NCBI GenBank assembly: GCA_000182565.2 | Contig: KQ257455.1 | DNA from: Spizellomyces punctatus DAOM BR117 | Taxonomy: Eukaryota | Strand: one strand, 5' to 3' | Length of the DNA: 64,000 nucleotides | Shown here: piece after piece, positions 41,231 to 54,088 of the stretch | How positions within the stretch are numbered: position 1 is the first letter of the stretch | How the letters are laid out: each line of letters begins with the position of its first letter | Position numbers and translations under genes: made by a program | The notes under the pieces: model-generated | Seen by the model: only the letters and a program-made list of their open reading frames with translations | What the model was told of the DNA's origin: nothing | The model's database searches: none

Positions 41231-43974
41231 ATGCTTCCCGTCCTGCGAAAGCTACCCCGCGTAGCGAGGCCGTGTCTTCGCTCGCTGTCCCTGCGTCATG
41301 TTGGCCGCGCCGCTTTGGGCGTTCACCCCTCCCCGGCAGCAACACGGCAGGTTGAGCCACGCTTGCAACTGCGGGCATATAGTGCAGCGGCCGCACAAGC
41401 ACTAGAGGAGACTCCTGAGACTGTGGTGGGGAGTGGAAGTATTGAAGGCTGTGTTGACGTGGAAAAGATACGGAATGTATGTTTTGCATGATTGTCTAGC
41501 TCATGGACCGCGGGCCACTGTTAATATCAGGTTTGTGACATTTTGTCAGCTTGCTATTATAGCTCACGTCGATCATNNNNNNNNNNNNNNNNNNNNNNNN
41601 NNNNNNNNNNNNNNNNNNNNNNNNNNNNNNNNNNNNNNNNNNNNNNNNNNNNNNNNNNNNNNNNNNNNNNNNNNNNATTCCCTGCTAACTCGCATATAAT
41701 CAGGTGCCGCAAAGATGGAGAGCGGGGCAAGGGTTATGGACTCTAACGATTTGGAAAAGGAGCGAGGGATTACCATCTTGTCGAAGAGCACTGGAATAAC
41801 CTACAAGGGCTACCGTATTAACATTGTTGATACCCCAGGTACCACTGCGTTTCCATGTGGGCGTGCAATAATGTAAAGCTTTTGGTTTAATGATGTACAC
41901 TTTGCTTGAATTAGGGCACGCAGATTTCGGTGGAGAGGTCGAACGCGTGTTGTCGATGGTCGATGGTGTATGCTTGGTGGTGTGTGGAACAGAAGGCCCA
42001 ATGACGCAGACAAAATTTGTCTTGTCAAAAGCCTTGGAGAAGAATTTAAAACCACTGGTGGTTATGAATAAGGTTGACCGACCCACTGCTCGGCCAGAAG
42101 AAGTTGAGGAGGGTACGTTTCTCTATATTAGACAGCAGATGTTTGATTGCGTCGTTAAATGGGAATTGTATCTGCAGAACTCCTTGAACTTTTCATCGGT
42201 CTTGATGCCAATGAGACGCAGCTGGAGTACCCGATTTTGTACGCTTCGGCGAAAGATGGGTGGGCGACCAGAGAGTTGAATGGAAAGCGAGACAATGTTC
42301 TGCCATTACTTGAGGAAATCGTAAATCATGTTCCGGCGCCTAGCGTTGACCGTTCAGCGCCCTTCTCTATGCTAGTAACGGTAGGTCCAAGGCTTCATCT
42401 GATTGCAGATTGATGGTCGTGGCACTGACGGAATTCTGGATGACAGCAAATTGAGAGCGACCCATACGTCGGCAAGTGTTACATGGGCAAGATCCAGTCC
42501 GGTACACTTAGGGTGGGGGACAAGATCAAGTCCCTTAACACTGATGGCAAGATTGCTGTGGAAGGACGGTGCACTAGGATTTTCCTGCGTCAGGGTTTGC
42601 AACAGGTATATACTCTGGTCCTGGTTTACTGTTGCAGTCGTCTTAGTAGTCAACCTCTGTTTCCATGTATCTATAGGTTGCGACGGAAGTGGCGGCCGCA
42701 GGAGATATTGTCTCTGTGGCGGGTATTGATGGCGCCTACGTCAACCACACTATTTGTGATACGGCAGTGTCCAATCCATTACCGGTTTGTCATCTCTGTC
42801 CTATTCAAGCGTGTGTGCCTGTAATTCACTCTGTACGTGGATTTTTTTCAGTTCACCAAAGTCGATCCTCCTACGATTTCCATGATGTTTTATGTAAATG
42901 ACTCGCCTTTAGGTGGCAAAGAGGGTAGGTCACAGTTTGTATTACTGTTTGCGGGAATACGCAATCCTTAACCGGCAATACATTCAGGGAAATTCTTGAC
43001 TTCACAAGTGTTGCGAGACCGTCTTGTGAAAGAGACTGAGACCAATGTCGCTCTGCAGGTTGTGCAACACGGTGAAGCTTTCGAAGTCAAGGGGCGCGGA
43101 GAATTACAAATGGGCGTACTTATTGAGACTATGCGACGAGAAGGATTCGAAATGTCCGTATCTCCCCCTCGAGTCATCTACAAAGTGGAAGGAGAGGACA
43201 AGGAGAGGAAGATTTTGGAACCGATAGAGGAAGTGACGATCGATGTTGAGCATGAGCATGCGGGGACGGTGATTGAGAAGATTACAAAGAGGAAAGGAGA
43301 CATGAAGAGCTATACTGAGACTGGCGACAAGGCGAGATTGATCTTCCATGTCCCAACAAGGGGCTTGTTGGGTTACCCAGCCGAGTTCAAGAACGACGTA
43401 CGTGAGATCACATTTTTTTTCTTACACTCAAAATTGACTCTCGGACTATAGACGCACGGACAAGGTATCATCAACTATCTGCTTCTCGGCTACGAGCCTT
43501 ATAAAGGGCAATTGGACAGAACCCGGAAAGGCTCCATTATTTCGACAGCGTCAGGTGAAACGACAGCATATGCACTCGCAGCCGTTGAACCTCGTGGCAA
43601 ACTATTTGTCACACCCGGTACCAAAGTATATCCTGGGATGATCATTGGGGAGCACAACCGCGAGCATGACCTTGAAGTCAATCCTGTTAAAGCCAAGCAG
43701 TTGACCAACATACGACAAGTCAACAAGGAAGAACAAATTCGGTTGACTCCAGTGGACTCGATGGGGTTAGAGAAGATGCTTGCCTACGTTCAAGGTACAA
43801 TACTGTTTTTTTGCAATGGAGATTTGATGAAATCATCGACACTAAGACGATCCCATAGATGACGAAGTGATTGAAATCACTCCTGTGAGTATCCGAACGC
43901 GAAAGAAGGAACTCGACAGCACCAAGCGCAAAGCTCAAGCCAGGAAACGGCACCCCGATTTCGGAACCTTGTAA
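41231..43974 (+). CDS. typA: Organellar (probably mitochondrial) translational GTPase TypA/BipA; gap removes G1 GKT
   Basis: Arg-rich presequence. [88 protein letters not shown]. Confidence 0.92.
41577..41676. other. Assembly gap (100 N, probably placeholder size) inside TypA gene
   Basis: Run of exactly 100 N. Confidence 1.
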
Positions 43975-44711
43975 AGGTTTCATTCTTTTTATGTAGATTG
44001 TAGCATAGATGAGCGCATCCGCCTTTGTGTTTACTATGTATATTCATGTTCGTAGCGATATTTATATAGACTTTAAGACATCCTTTGTGAGTTCGCCAGT
44101 CGCCAACTGCGACAAAATAAACATAGTTGTTACTGATTTCCTGGTAACTATTCCATGGAGGTCACTTACAGCTGAAAGATGACCCCAGATCAACTGCTTG
44201 AAAGTAACGGATATGCTCACCCATGTCAATAGTACTCTTTTGCTCGGTACCATTGCAGACCTTGGCAAACAGTGTTGACAGGTCGCAATGGAATATGTTC
44301 TCCCATCACAAGCTTCTCGAGTGCGGTCCTCAAAGGCAGTTTTGAGAAGCCACCTACGGGCAAACCAATGCCAAATGGGAGTCAACGGCAAGCAAAGTTC
44401 TTTATCGGTCTTTTGAGCTTCCGCTTGCCTGCCAAACTCGCCCAGCGGTCCAAAGAAAAGCACGTTGTGATGGAAGCGACGACGGCCTGAAGCCGAGAGC
44501 CCCAATCATTGAGCGTTGCGAGCACGCAATGTCCGCCATGTCCGAACGTCCGGAATTTTTGGGGGAAACAATTTTTGCCTTTTTGCGTTGGGGCCGTGGG
44601 GTTGAGGCCCAAAACGCCACATAAGAAGGGGCCCGTTCTGACCTCCCCCCCTCCATTTAACGCTCATCACTTTTCCGCATCACCCCACGCACGCACAAGC
44701 ACATACACGAC

Positions 44712-46005
44712 ATGGCCGAAGAAACCTTCCTCTTCACTTCTGAATCTGTCGGTGAGGGTCACCCCGACAAGATTTGCGATCAGGGTATGATGACCGTTCC
44801 CGTCAATTTCAACCCGCAATCTTGCATTGCTCACGCATTATTCTACATTTAGTCTCTGACGCCATCCTGGATGCCTGCTTGGCTCAGGACCCCTTCTCCC
44901 GTGTCGCTTGTGAGACGGCCACCAAGACTGGTATGATCATGGTCCTCGGTGAAATCACCACCAAGGCCACCTTGGACTACCAAAAGATCATCCGTGAGAC
45001 TGTCAAGAAGATTGGCTTTGACGACTCCAGCAAGGGTTTCGACTACAAGACTTGCAACGTCCTCGTTGCCATTGAGCAACAGTCTCCCGAAATCGCCAGC
45101 GGTCTCGTACAGCAGGGTGCCGACCTCGAGAAGATTGGTGCTGGTGACCAGGGTATCATGTTCGGGTACGCCTCTGACGAGACCCCCGAGCTCATGCCCC
45201 TCACCATCGTGCTCGCCCACAAGCTCAACATCAAGATGGCTGAGCTTCGTCGTAACGGTGAAATGGGTTGGTTGCGTCCCGACTCCAAGACCCAGGTCAC
45301 TGTTGAATACAAGATGATCAACGGTGTCCCCGTTCCCCAGCGCGTCCACACCATCGTCATCTCTACTCAGCACGCTCCCGAAATCTCTCAGGAGCAGATC
45401 CAAAAGGAGCTCCAGGAGAAGATCATCAAGGTTCGTGTCACAAGGCATCAATTCTAGTGAATCTGGAATATGAACTAACGTAAATGATGGTTTATATGTA
45501 GACTGTCATTCCTCCCCAATACCTCGATGATCGCACCATCTACCACTTGCAACCCTCTGGTCGTTTCGTGATTGGTGGACCACAAGGTGACGCTGGTGTC
45601 ACTGGTCGTAAGATCATTGTCGACACCTACGGCGGTTGGGGTGCCCACGGTGGTGGTGCTTTCTCTGGAAAGGACTGGTCCAAGGTCGACCGTTCCGCTG
45701 CATACACTGCCCGATGGATTGCAAAGTCTCTCGTGGCCGCCAAGCTCGCCCGTCGTGCTCTGGTGCAACTGTCGTACGCCATCGGTGTCGCTGAACCCAC
45801 CTCCATTTTCATTGACACATACGGCACCGGTGTAAAGACCAATGCTGAACTTCTCGAGATTGTCAAGAACAACTTTGACCTCCGTCCTGGTGTCATTGTC
45901 AAGGAGCTTGATCTCTTCAAGCCCATCTACGAGGAATCTGCTCGCTACGGACACTTTGGTCGTTCCCAGTTCACCTGGGAGCAGCCCAAGGCTCTCAAGT
46001 TTTAA
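44712..46005 (+). CDS. SAM2: S-adenosylmethionine synthetase (3 exons)
   Basis: [55 protein letters not shown]. Strong C/T-ending codon bias. Confidence 0.98.
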
Positions 46006-46455
46006 ATGTAACTTTTGAACATTAAACTTAGAAGATGCAAAAATGTCGGTCTGGGGCTCGACATTATGGGTTATGTACAGGGCGATTTGACTTGCGTTTG
46101 GCGCGGGTCGCCCCATAATCGCCTCCTCTTTTATTTTTTAAATATATTACAATTGATGATATACGTCCGTCCAAATATGGCAATATGTCCGAATGTGTCC
46201 GAAAACACGTTGGTCCAGCATAGGATTCATTCGTGTCTTTCCGCGAGCCTTCTCAACAGAGAAAGTGGAGCATCCACAAGAGGAATCGAATTATTGCTCA
46301 TGTGCTGAAACCGTAGGACCGCTTCAATTCTGGCGTTTACCGCAGTATGTTTACATTGAGTCGATTGCCTACTGCACGCAGTGTTCCTTATTCTCACAGC
46401 AGGACCGCGTGTGAAAAAAGATTGGTGCTAGCTTTACAAACTACCCAAGAGCAAC

Positions 46456-48961
46456 ATGGAGTACAATCCCAACAAGTACGAGCCATTGAACCTGATAGGT
46501 CGGGGCTCGTTTGGTGTGATTCGGAAAGTTCGACGACGGTCAGATGGAAAGGTCAGTTGCACGTCACAAAGTTGCAGGAGCCAGCCAAATTCCAGCGTGC
46601 TCGAATGGTCCTCACGATAATGGTTTCTCTGCGTACAGATTTACGCTCGTAAAGAAATTGACTACAAACGAATGAGCGAAAGAGAAAAAAAGCAGCTTGT
46701 GGCGGAGGTCAACATTCTGAGGGAGCTTCGTCATCCCCATATTGTGCGCTATTACGAGCGGGACGTGGACCGTGACAATTGTTTGATGTACATATATATG
46801 GGTAAGTACTATACGTTTTACTCTCGGGTGCCTTATGTATATGCAATAAATTGACCATGCGATTTGATGTCATAGAATACTGCGAAGGTGGGGACTTGGC
46901 GGAAGTAATACGAAGATATAAGAAAAGAGGGTATGCAGGCACAATCTTTCGCAGACAACCGACGATTGTTAAGATTTCCATTACGACAACTTCAGGAAGC
47001 GCTTTGCGGAGCAGACAATATGGAAATACCTCGCACAGCTCCTTTTAGCCCTTCATGAATGCCACTGTCCGGGATCCGGCAAGTCCGGTGTCCGCCCAAC
47101 GGTGCTGCACAGGTGCTTTATCCCTTCGCTGTCTGCCCTTACATAATTGTTTGAAGCTGACAGCTTCACCACTATTAGGGATCTTAAACCGGACAATGGT
47201 ACAGATTGAGAAGCATTTGAATGACAGCGTCACTTGGGCAGGTCTAATTGGATTCGCTACTGGCAACAGTTTTCCTCGATGGGCGAGATGATGTCAAGTT
47301 GGGGGACTTTGGGTTGTCGCGATTAATGGACGGATCCGAGTTTGCTAGAACATATGTTGGGTATGGTGCTAGTCTGGTGGATTGCCAGGTCGAATCCTTA
47401 CATCTTTATTCATGAATACCTTGTTCCGACTGATAGAACTCCGTTTTACATGTCACCGGTATGCAACACCCGGGCATGGCGAAATGCCACATGTTCTGAA
47501 TCTCTTTTGTGCAGGAACTGATCAGCGAGTCAAGTTACAATGAAAAATCGGACGTGTGGGCATTAGGTAAGTCGGCCGTTTTCTGTCCATCCAGCATGAT
47601 ATTAACACCCCGCGAAGGATGTCTGATTTACGAACTATGCACTTTGGAGTAAGCGTCTGTTCAAAAAATATTATTGTCGACTTTTACTCTAACTACTGTG
47701 CGTCATATTCAGTCCACCCTTTCAAGCAAAAACACAATCACAGCTTGCCATGAAGATTCAACAAGGTGCCGTTGCCCCTTTGCCGCCACAGGTAAGACCG
47801 GCGGCTGGATGTTTTTCAAGATTGTGTATGGAATATTGATGCACACATAAGTATTCCCAAGAGCTTTTCTACATCATAAAAGCAATGTTGCAAGTAAATG
47901 TATGTTTGTTATGCACCCAATGTAACATTTGAAGGCGCTTGAGCTCATGTCGTGGCTCGTAGCAATCGCGACGTCCGACAACTGCTGACCTACTTGAAGT
48001 ACCAATGATAAAACAAGCACTCGGTGAAGAGTACGCAGTCTTGGAAACGCGCGAAATGTCATAAGAAATATTCGATCTCTAATCGTGATATTGTTTAGAC
48101 CACCAAAGAACGAAAAACCACCAGCTGTTGACCAGCGTGAGGATGAACTGCGAAAACGAGAATTGGCAATCGAAGCAAGAGAAGTTGCGGTCCTCGCGCG
48201 TGAGGAGGAATGGAAGAGGGTCGCAGTGGCACATGAAGAGCGATTGAAGGCCACATTAGAGCGACAGGAGGAGGAACTGAAGAGGAAATACGCGCAATTG
48301 GAACACCAATTAATGTCGGCTCTACGAGCAAAAGAAGAGTCTTTGTTAAAGCGGGAAGCGGAGCTTATAGAGAATCGGACCCTTTTGCAGCAAGGTACTT
48401 GTTGACTACTACTCTAGGTTGAGTACCATGTGAAAAAATCTTTACTTATTATAATTGCAGCTATAGAAAAGCAACGGCATGTGCCACATACAGTAAATCA
48501 CACATACCGTCGTGGATTAGAAGAGAGGACCACTGCAAGCAACAAGGAGTATGAGTTCCTTCATTTAAATGATTTTTTCATGAGCCACTCGCTGACCTCT
48601 TTGCTGTATCAGGAACGTGTTCACATCGGCTTTTGGCAACCTTGGTGTGCTGGGAAGGCGGAAAAGCATAAAAGGCGTAAGCACCCCTATCTCCAGCCTT
48701 CCGACCCCACCCATCAGCGCGCCAGGGAGTGCCGGCACCAATCATCCGACAGGTTCGGCAGAAAAGATAAGAGCGGACGTAAGGCATACAGGCGGTCCGC
48801 TCCTTCGACGCGCACAATCAGAGCGCGACTGGAGGGTGAACCACCACGGGGAAATGGATGACATTGTGAAAGGACTTGAACAATTTGCTCTCTCGTCACC
48901 CATGAGACCAAAGACAACTGGACCGGACGACATGTCTATTATGATGCATTTATCCCCGTAG
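46456..48961 (+). CDS. NIMA/NEK2-family kinase with C-terminal coiled coil
   Basis: IGRGSFGVIRKV, MSEREKKQLVAEVNILREL, EYCEGGDL, VLH|RDLKPDN, KLGDFGLSR, TYVG|TPFYMSP|E, then an EELKRK-type coiled coil. Confidence 0.92.
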
Positions 48962-49201
48962 GATTTGCAGTTTATGGAAGAATATCACAAGCATATGGTC
49001 ACGTGTTAATTTGACATTGATAACTTGAGGTCGGAACGAGATAGATAGATCGGTCGTCCTCATCCTGAACGTTTCAGTGCATTGTCACGTTGGCCTTGCA
49101 ATCAAGTGTTTGACGACCAGCGTTCTTGGGCAGTTCCTATCCTGCATTTCACACTCCCGACCGCCAGTTCAACGCGTGTTGTCAGCAAGATCACCTGGAG
49201 C

Positions 49202-49764
49202 ATGAATGCTGAAGATGGTACTTGCGCACATTGGACCATGTTACTTGGACATCCCTACCAATCACTTGTACTCATCCTGAACTAATTTCTTGTAGCATAC
49301 AAGGCAAAATAGTATGTCTGCTGTCATGTCAGCTTGAATCTGACTCTTAATCACATGCACCATCCCCAGTAAAGCAATGAAGGAGAAGGTCAAAGACATG
49401 GAGAGGGTGCGTGAATACAATGTGTGCTAGTTTTTGATGCCAATTGATAATAAGAGAGGAGATGCTTGCAGGAGTATGATCGGTTGAATATCCAGCTAGC
49501 CAAAATTAATGCCAGTATTCGACGAATAAAATTGGAAAAGAGGTTTGTGATAAAGACACCTTTTGGCTATTGTGGACTGCTCCAAGCTCAACTTTGCAAA
49601 CCGTCCGGTATTTTTCAGCTTCCTTTGGGAGAGGTCCGAAGGTGTAAACCACATATCAGGATCAACAACCGCTATGGAGCACGGAGTAAGTGGTTTCTCC
49701 GACCACCAACCGTCGCAAATGGCTCATCACTACACGTTAGTTTGATGAAAACAATCGACGATGA
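49202..49764 (+). CDS. Small INO80E/Iec3/TFPT-like coiled-coil protein built from very short exons; 3' end uncertain (49764 or 49846)
   Basis: Spliced MNAED|AYKAK|YKAMKEKVKDMER|EYDRLNIQLAKINASIRRIKLEKS|FLWERS resembles the YKxKY..K.....E...L...L.K....I..++.E+SFL helix of INO80 subunit E. Confidence 0.6.
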
Positions 49765-49974
49765 TATTGACATGGTGCACTTTGCACTTGCAGAGGGGGT
49801 GCCAGGATTGCCGATGAATGGCGAGACCCCAAAACGCAATATTTGACTGCCACAATGAACTGAACAGCTCATAAGCTCAAACTGAATGGCGGTGGTAAAT
49901 GGTCATCTATTCTTGATCTGATGGATATAAGAGACGGCAGAGTAGAAATACATGGGCAAAGTATCGAGAAAAGT

Positions 49975-52017
49975 TTATTTCGATGAGAGTGCAGCGACAC
50001 CTGGAAGGTCCTTGCCTGTGGGATCACATTGTCAACATCTCAAATGCCTGAAGATATTCGAAAGCTAAGAGCACGCACCTTCCAACAGCTCCAAACTAGC
50101 ACCCCCTCCAGTACTGACATGAGAGAAGTCGTCTTCCCGACCGGCTTTAGCCACAGCAGTAGCCGTATCACCGCCACCAACGATCGAGGTTGCTCCTGTA
50201 GTACATTCGTCAGTAATCAAGATCAAGAAATCGGCTGGTGGAATTGTAACTAACCCTTCTTCGTCGCCTCTGCGCACGCCTCCAGCAAGCTGTTGGTTCC
50301 CTCCGCGAACTTGTCAAACTCGAAAACTCCTGCGGGTCTACTCAGAGAATAGTTAGGGGCGAACCAAGGGAGAGCAGCGCCTTTCGGAACATCAAAGACA
50401 CCGCAACATACCCATTCCAGAGGATAGTCTTTGCTTCCAAGACCGCCTGACGGGACTCTTCGTTGGTTTTCTTTCCAGAGTCAAGACCCAACCAGCCCTT
50501 GGGGATACCCTCTTCTTTTGTGGCGTAACCAACCTATAAGGACAACAAGGGGAGTAACGTTAGGGCCATTATACTCATGCCTCTTCGTAGGTCGGTATAA
50601 TTACGTTGGCGTTGGCGTCAAACTTGTCAGCTACAGTCCCAATTGTTAGTATCCTGGCACGCGTTCTGCCACCATCGCTAGTGAAGCGTACCTGTCACAA
50701 AGTCTTTTGGGAGGTAGAGTTTGACGTTCTTCGCCTTTGCTTTCTCGACTAGCTTCTGTACGATTTTGGCGCCCTCTTCATCGAACAAGGAGTTTCCGAT
50801 CTCCACATTCTCCAAAGTCTTCAGGAAGGTGAAAGCCATACCGCCGCAGATAATACAGGCATTGACCTGTTCAAGAAGTTAGGCTGAAGGTTATGGACCA
50901 ATGTAGTTGAATATATTTGCTAACCTTGTCCAAAAGATTGTCGATGAGCTGGATCTTGTCTGTCACCTTGGCACTGGATGTGAAGAGCGATTATCATCTA
51001 GGTGCGTTAACACTGCACCTACTAACAGTTAAGGTATCTTACCCTCCGAGGATAGCAAGGAACGGGCGTTCCGGGTTTTCCAAGGCCTTGCCAAAGAAGT
51101 CGAGCTCCTTTTTCATGAGGAAACCTGCGGCTTTCACTGGGAGGTTGACGCCGACCATAGAGCTAGGCATGAGAGCAGAGTGTAAGAAGAATGCAAATGA
51201 CAAAGGGACTTGACACCGGTGGGTCTACCTATGCGCCCGGTGAGCCGTTCCAAAGGCATCATTGATGTACACATCGCCAAGCTTGGAAAGCGAAGCGCGG
51301 AATTTCTCAACGTCCTCTTTCGAGGCCTTGATCTAAAAACAGTGAAAATGTGAACAACAACCCTGATGGAGATCTAACACTCTTTTTTAGACAAACCTTG
51401 TTGCCCTGCTCGTCCTTTGTGGAGCCTTCCTCCTCGATGTGGAACCGCAAGTTCTCCAACAAAATGATCTCTCCTACGAGGATGACAAAATCCCATCAGT
51501 TTCCGCCATGACGTGCTCCAAGAGAGCGACTGTGGATGTCTATGTTCTCGTACCATTAGATGCCTTAGCACAATGTTCTTCGACTTTTGGTCCAACACAG
51601 TCGTCCAAGAAGGTCACGGGTTTGCCGAGGAGCTTGCCCACTTCTTCTGCAACTGGCTTGAGAGAGTACTTGGCCACAACCTTTCCATCAGGACGACCGA
51701 GGTGGCTCATAAGCACGACGCTCTTGGCGCCTATTCGGGGCAGGTCATGTTAAGATGTATCTTCTTGGCTGCAGGTGGTATCAATTTTTGCTCACCTTTT
51801 TCAAGGGCATATTTGATTGTTGGAAGAGCAGCTGTAATACGCTGGTTGTTTGAGATTTTGCCGTTCGCAAAAGGAACGTTAAAGTCAACCCTGGATGGTT
51901 AAGGTATCAAATTTGGTATACTATATTGAAAGTCTTACTCTACGGCTCCTACCGAATGAGGACGCGCTTGCCGGAAAGGTCCACGTCCTGAATACCAAGT
52001 TTGTTGCTCAAAGACAT
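49975..52017 (-). CDS. PGK1: Phosphoglycerate kinase (13 exons)
   Basis: [79 protein letters not shown]. Confidence 0.98.
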
Positions 52018-53172
52018 TGTGTAGGTAAACCTAATGGGTAAAGAATCGCGTTGCCGATGGTGTGTGTGAAGGCAGAGATGAACCTTTTTGGTGCTGTGGT
52101 CGAATCGATTCGGCGTCAGAGCTGAGTCATGCCTCGGGGATGATCGGACGCTTAGCACATTAGATAATCACGGCTACGAACATCCTTCAAGCCCTTTTTG
52201 ACATGATGGATATTTGTTCCAACCCGGACTACATGGAATTATCTAAAGTAATGCTTTGAAACGTTTTGCTCTCGATGTATTGCATATTCTTGGTCTTGTA
52301 ACAGAGCACTCCCCTACAGCAGTCTCTGAATTGGATCCATATTGGGCTTGATAATGATGGCAAGGTTTTTGTTACATAATATTATCTTTCTGTCGAGTTC
52401 ACTTCTTCTAGAGTAAGCTCACCTTGTAAGATTTGTTGGAAAACTAAAATGGTGGCGATATTGTGGTTGTGCCCACTTTGTTACGCCGATAAAACGTGAG
52501 TAGAAGGGCTGTGTAGGTCGAGCAGGTAGAAAGTTGCTCTGAACCATGTGCTAGAACCAAGCCTAAAAGTGCTGAATCTGGGCCGTTTTGCCAAAATGTC
52601 GTTGTGGCTTGGGGTAAGAACATTGATTTATAGTAGGCAATGGCGTAAAAATGTGTCATGGCGAATTGGAGCAAGGAGAATGTTTAGGATACTTACTTGA
52701 TACACATATAGGCAGTGCGGGATTGCACAGGCAGTGCGGGATTTTCAGGGCCTGCTGAGCCGAATGTCTCCGCAGTTATCCATACTTGTAGGTACTGCAC
52801 TTATGGGTGGGTTGTCTTTTAGACTGTACTTTAGGGCGTCAAACTCGTCAACTGTCCTTTGTGCACCAGGCGCAGGTTTGGTGCACTGCCAAAATGCCTC
52901 TGGACTGAGCACCAGGGCCCTAAACCTGAGAGTCAAGCCGGCTGAGTTGGCGAGGCGGAACGCGAGACTAAAACACCGAGAAGGCTCAGCTAATGGCTGC
53001 TTTTCCAGCCGCCAGGTACTCAACCTTCACCGTTATGCCTCCGGGCGCTCACCATCTTGACATAAATATCTGAAGGCCCTCAATATCCCGTTCAACAGAT
53101 TCTCATTATCCATTCAGCGTCGAAACAAACTCTCTGCTTCACCACTCTTTGAACTCGATACAAACAGATACG

Positions 53173-54088
53173 ATGAAGTGCATCATTCCAGCTTTAATCG
53201 CCTTGATTGCCACCGCTGCCGCTGCGCCTTCTGGGGAACGCGGCCATAACAGCCATAATAGATACCATGAAGATAACGAGAAGAGTGAATTTGAAGGGTA
53301 CGTAGCGCAGCTCTCTCTTTGCGCATGCTCTTTTGTACTCATGTTGGCGATCCTTTAAATCCAGGGCGATTGATGCTTTTGGAAATTGGGCTGGCCGATG
53401 GTCGGACGGCACAGAAGGGGCTTATGGTCACGGCGAATTCTCCGGACGCAAGGAGCATGGGCGTTACGGCATTCAAACAGAGGCCTCGAAACACGAGAAG
53501 CCGGAATTCGAAGGGTAGGCGATCTCATAGAAAAAATTACGCATGCACTACAATTCACATGAATTACTAGGGCGTACGATCGAAACACTGACCGTTGGAG
53601 CGGACGATGGTCCGACGGGAGAGAGGGTGCCTACGATGATGGTCGCTTTTCAGGTCGCCGTGGCCATAAATACGGAATTCAAACAGAAGCAACCAAGCAC
53701 GAGAAGCCGGAATTCGAAGGGTAGGCGATCTCATAGAAAAAATTACGCATGCACTACAATTCATATGAATTACTAGGGCGTACGATCGAAACACTGACCG
53801 TTGGAGCGGACGATGGTCCGACGGAAGAGAGGGTGCCTACGATGATGGTCGCTTTTCAGGTCGCCGTGGCCATAAATACGGAATTCAAACAGAAGCAACC
53901 AAGCACGAAAAGCCGGAATTCGAAGGGTAGGCGATCTCATAGAAAAAATTACGCATGCACTACAATTCACATGAATTACTAGGGCGTACGATCGAAACAC
54001 TGGCCGTTGGAGCGGACGATGGTCCGACGGAAGAGAGGGTGCCTACGATGATGGTCGCTTTTCAGGTCGCCATGGCCATAAACACTGA
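53173..54088 (+). CDS. Secreted 226-aa tandem-repeat protein (exons 53173-53297, 53365-53514, 53571-53720, 53777-53926, 53983-54088)
   Basis: Signal peptide MKCIIPALIALIATAAAAP. Four phase-2 GT-AG introns give an uninterrupted 681-nt frame of ~50-aa repeats such as GAYDRNTDRWSGRWSDGREGAYDDGRFSGRRGHKYGIQTEATKHEKPEFE. Confidence 0.85.
53492..54082. repeat. 206-bp tandem repeat (~2.9 near-identical copies; 150-nt exon + 56-nt intron)
   Basis: cacga(g/a)aagccggaattcgaagggtaggcg... recurs at 53492, 53698 and 53904. Confidence 0.97.

Noticed and set aside
46097-46106. TTTGGCGCGG E2F-like site 350 nt upstream of the NEK kinase (also TTTGGCGC at 28161)
   Set aside because: Several TTTSSCGC hits are expected by chance in 64 kb, and this one falls in the likely SAM 3' UTR.
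44849-46116. Long antisense ORFs (200 and 213 aa) over SAM synthetase
   Set aside because: Expected shadow of strong codon bias in a highly expressed gene.
46250-46264. ACAGAGAA downstream of SAM synthetase as a METTL16-type SAM-sensing hairpin
   Set aside because: Reads AACAGAGAA rather than UACAGAGAA, is single-copy, has GAGAA in a stem, and probably lies beyond the AT-rich 3'-end signal near 46130-46150. The SAM introns lack a UACAG acceptor.
52018-53172. Possible tRNA/snRNA or gene in the long intergenic stretches (also 54200-55160 and 62911-63645)
   Set aside because: No cloverleaf with A/B boxes, no U1/U2/U6 signatures and no convincing spliced ORF by eye. An Infernal/tRNAscan run would be needed to exclude ncRNAs.
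53492-54082. 206-bp repeat as a CRISPR array or transposon, and its unspliced ORFs (53543, 53749, 53567, 53773)
   Set aside because: No unique spacers, cas genes, terminal repeats or transposase. The unit is fully explained as exon+intron of the secreted protein.
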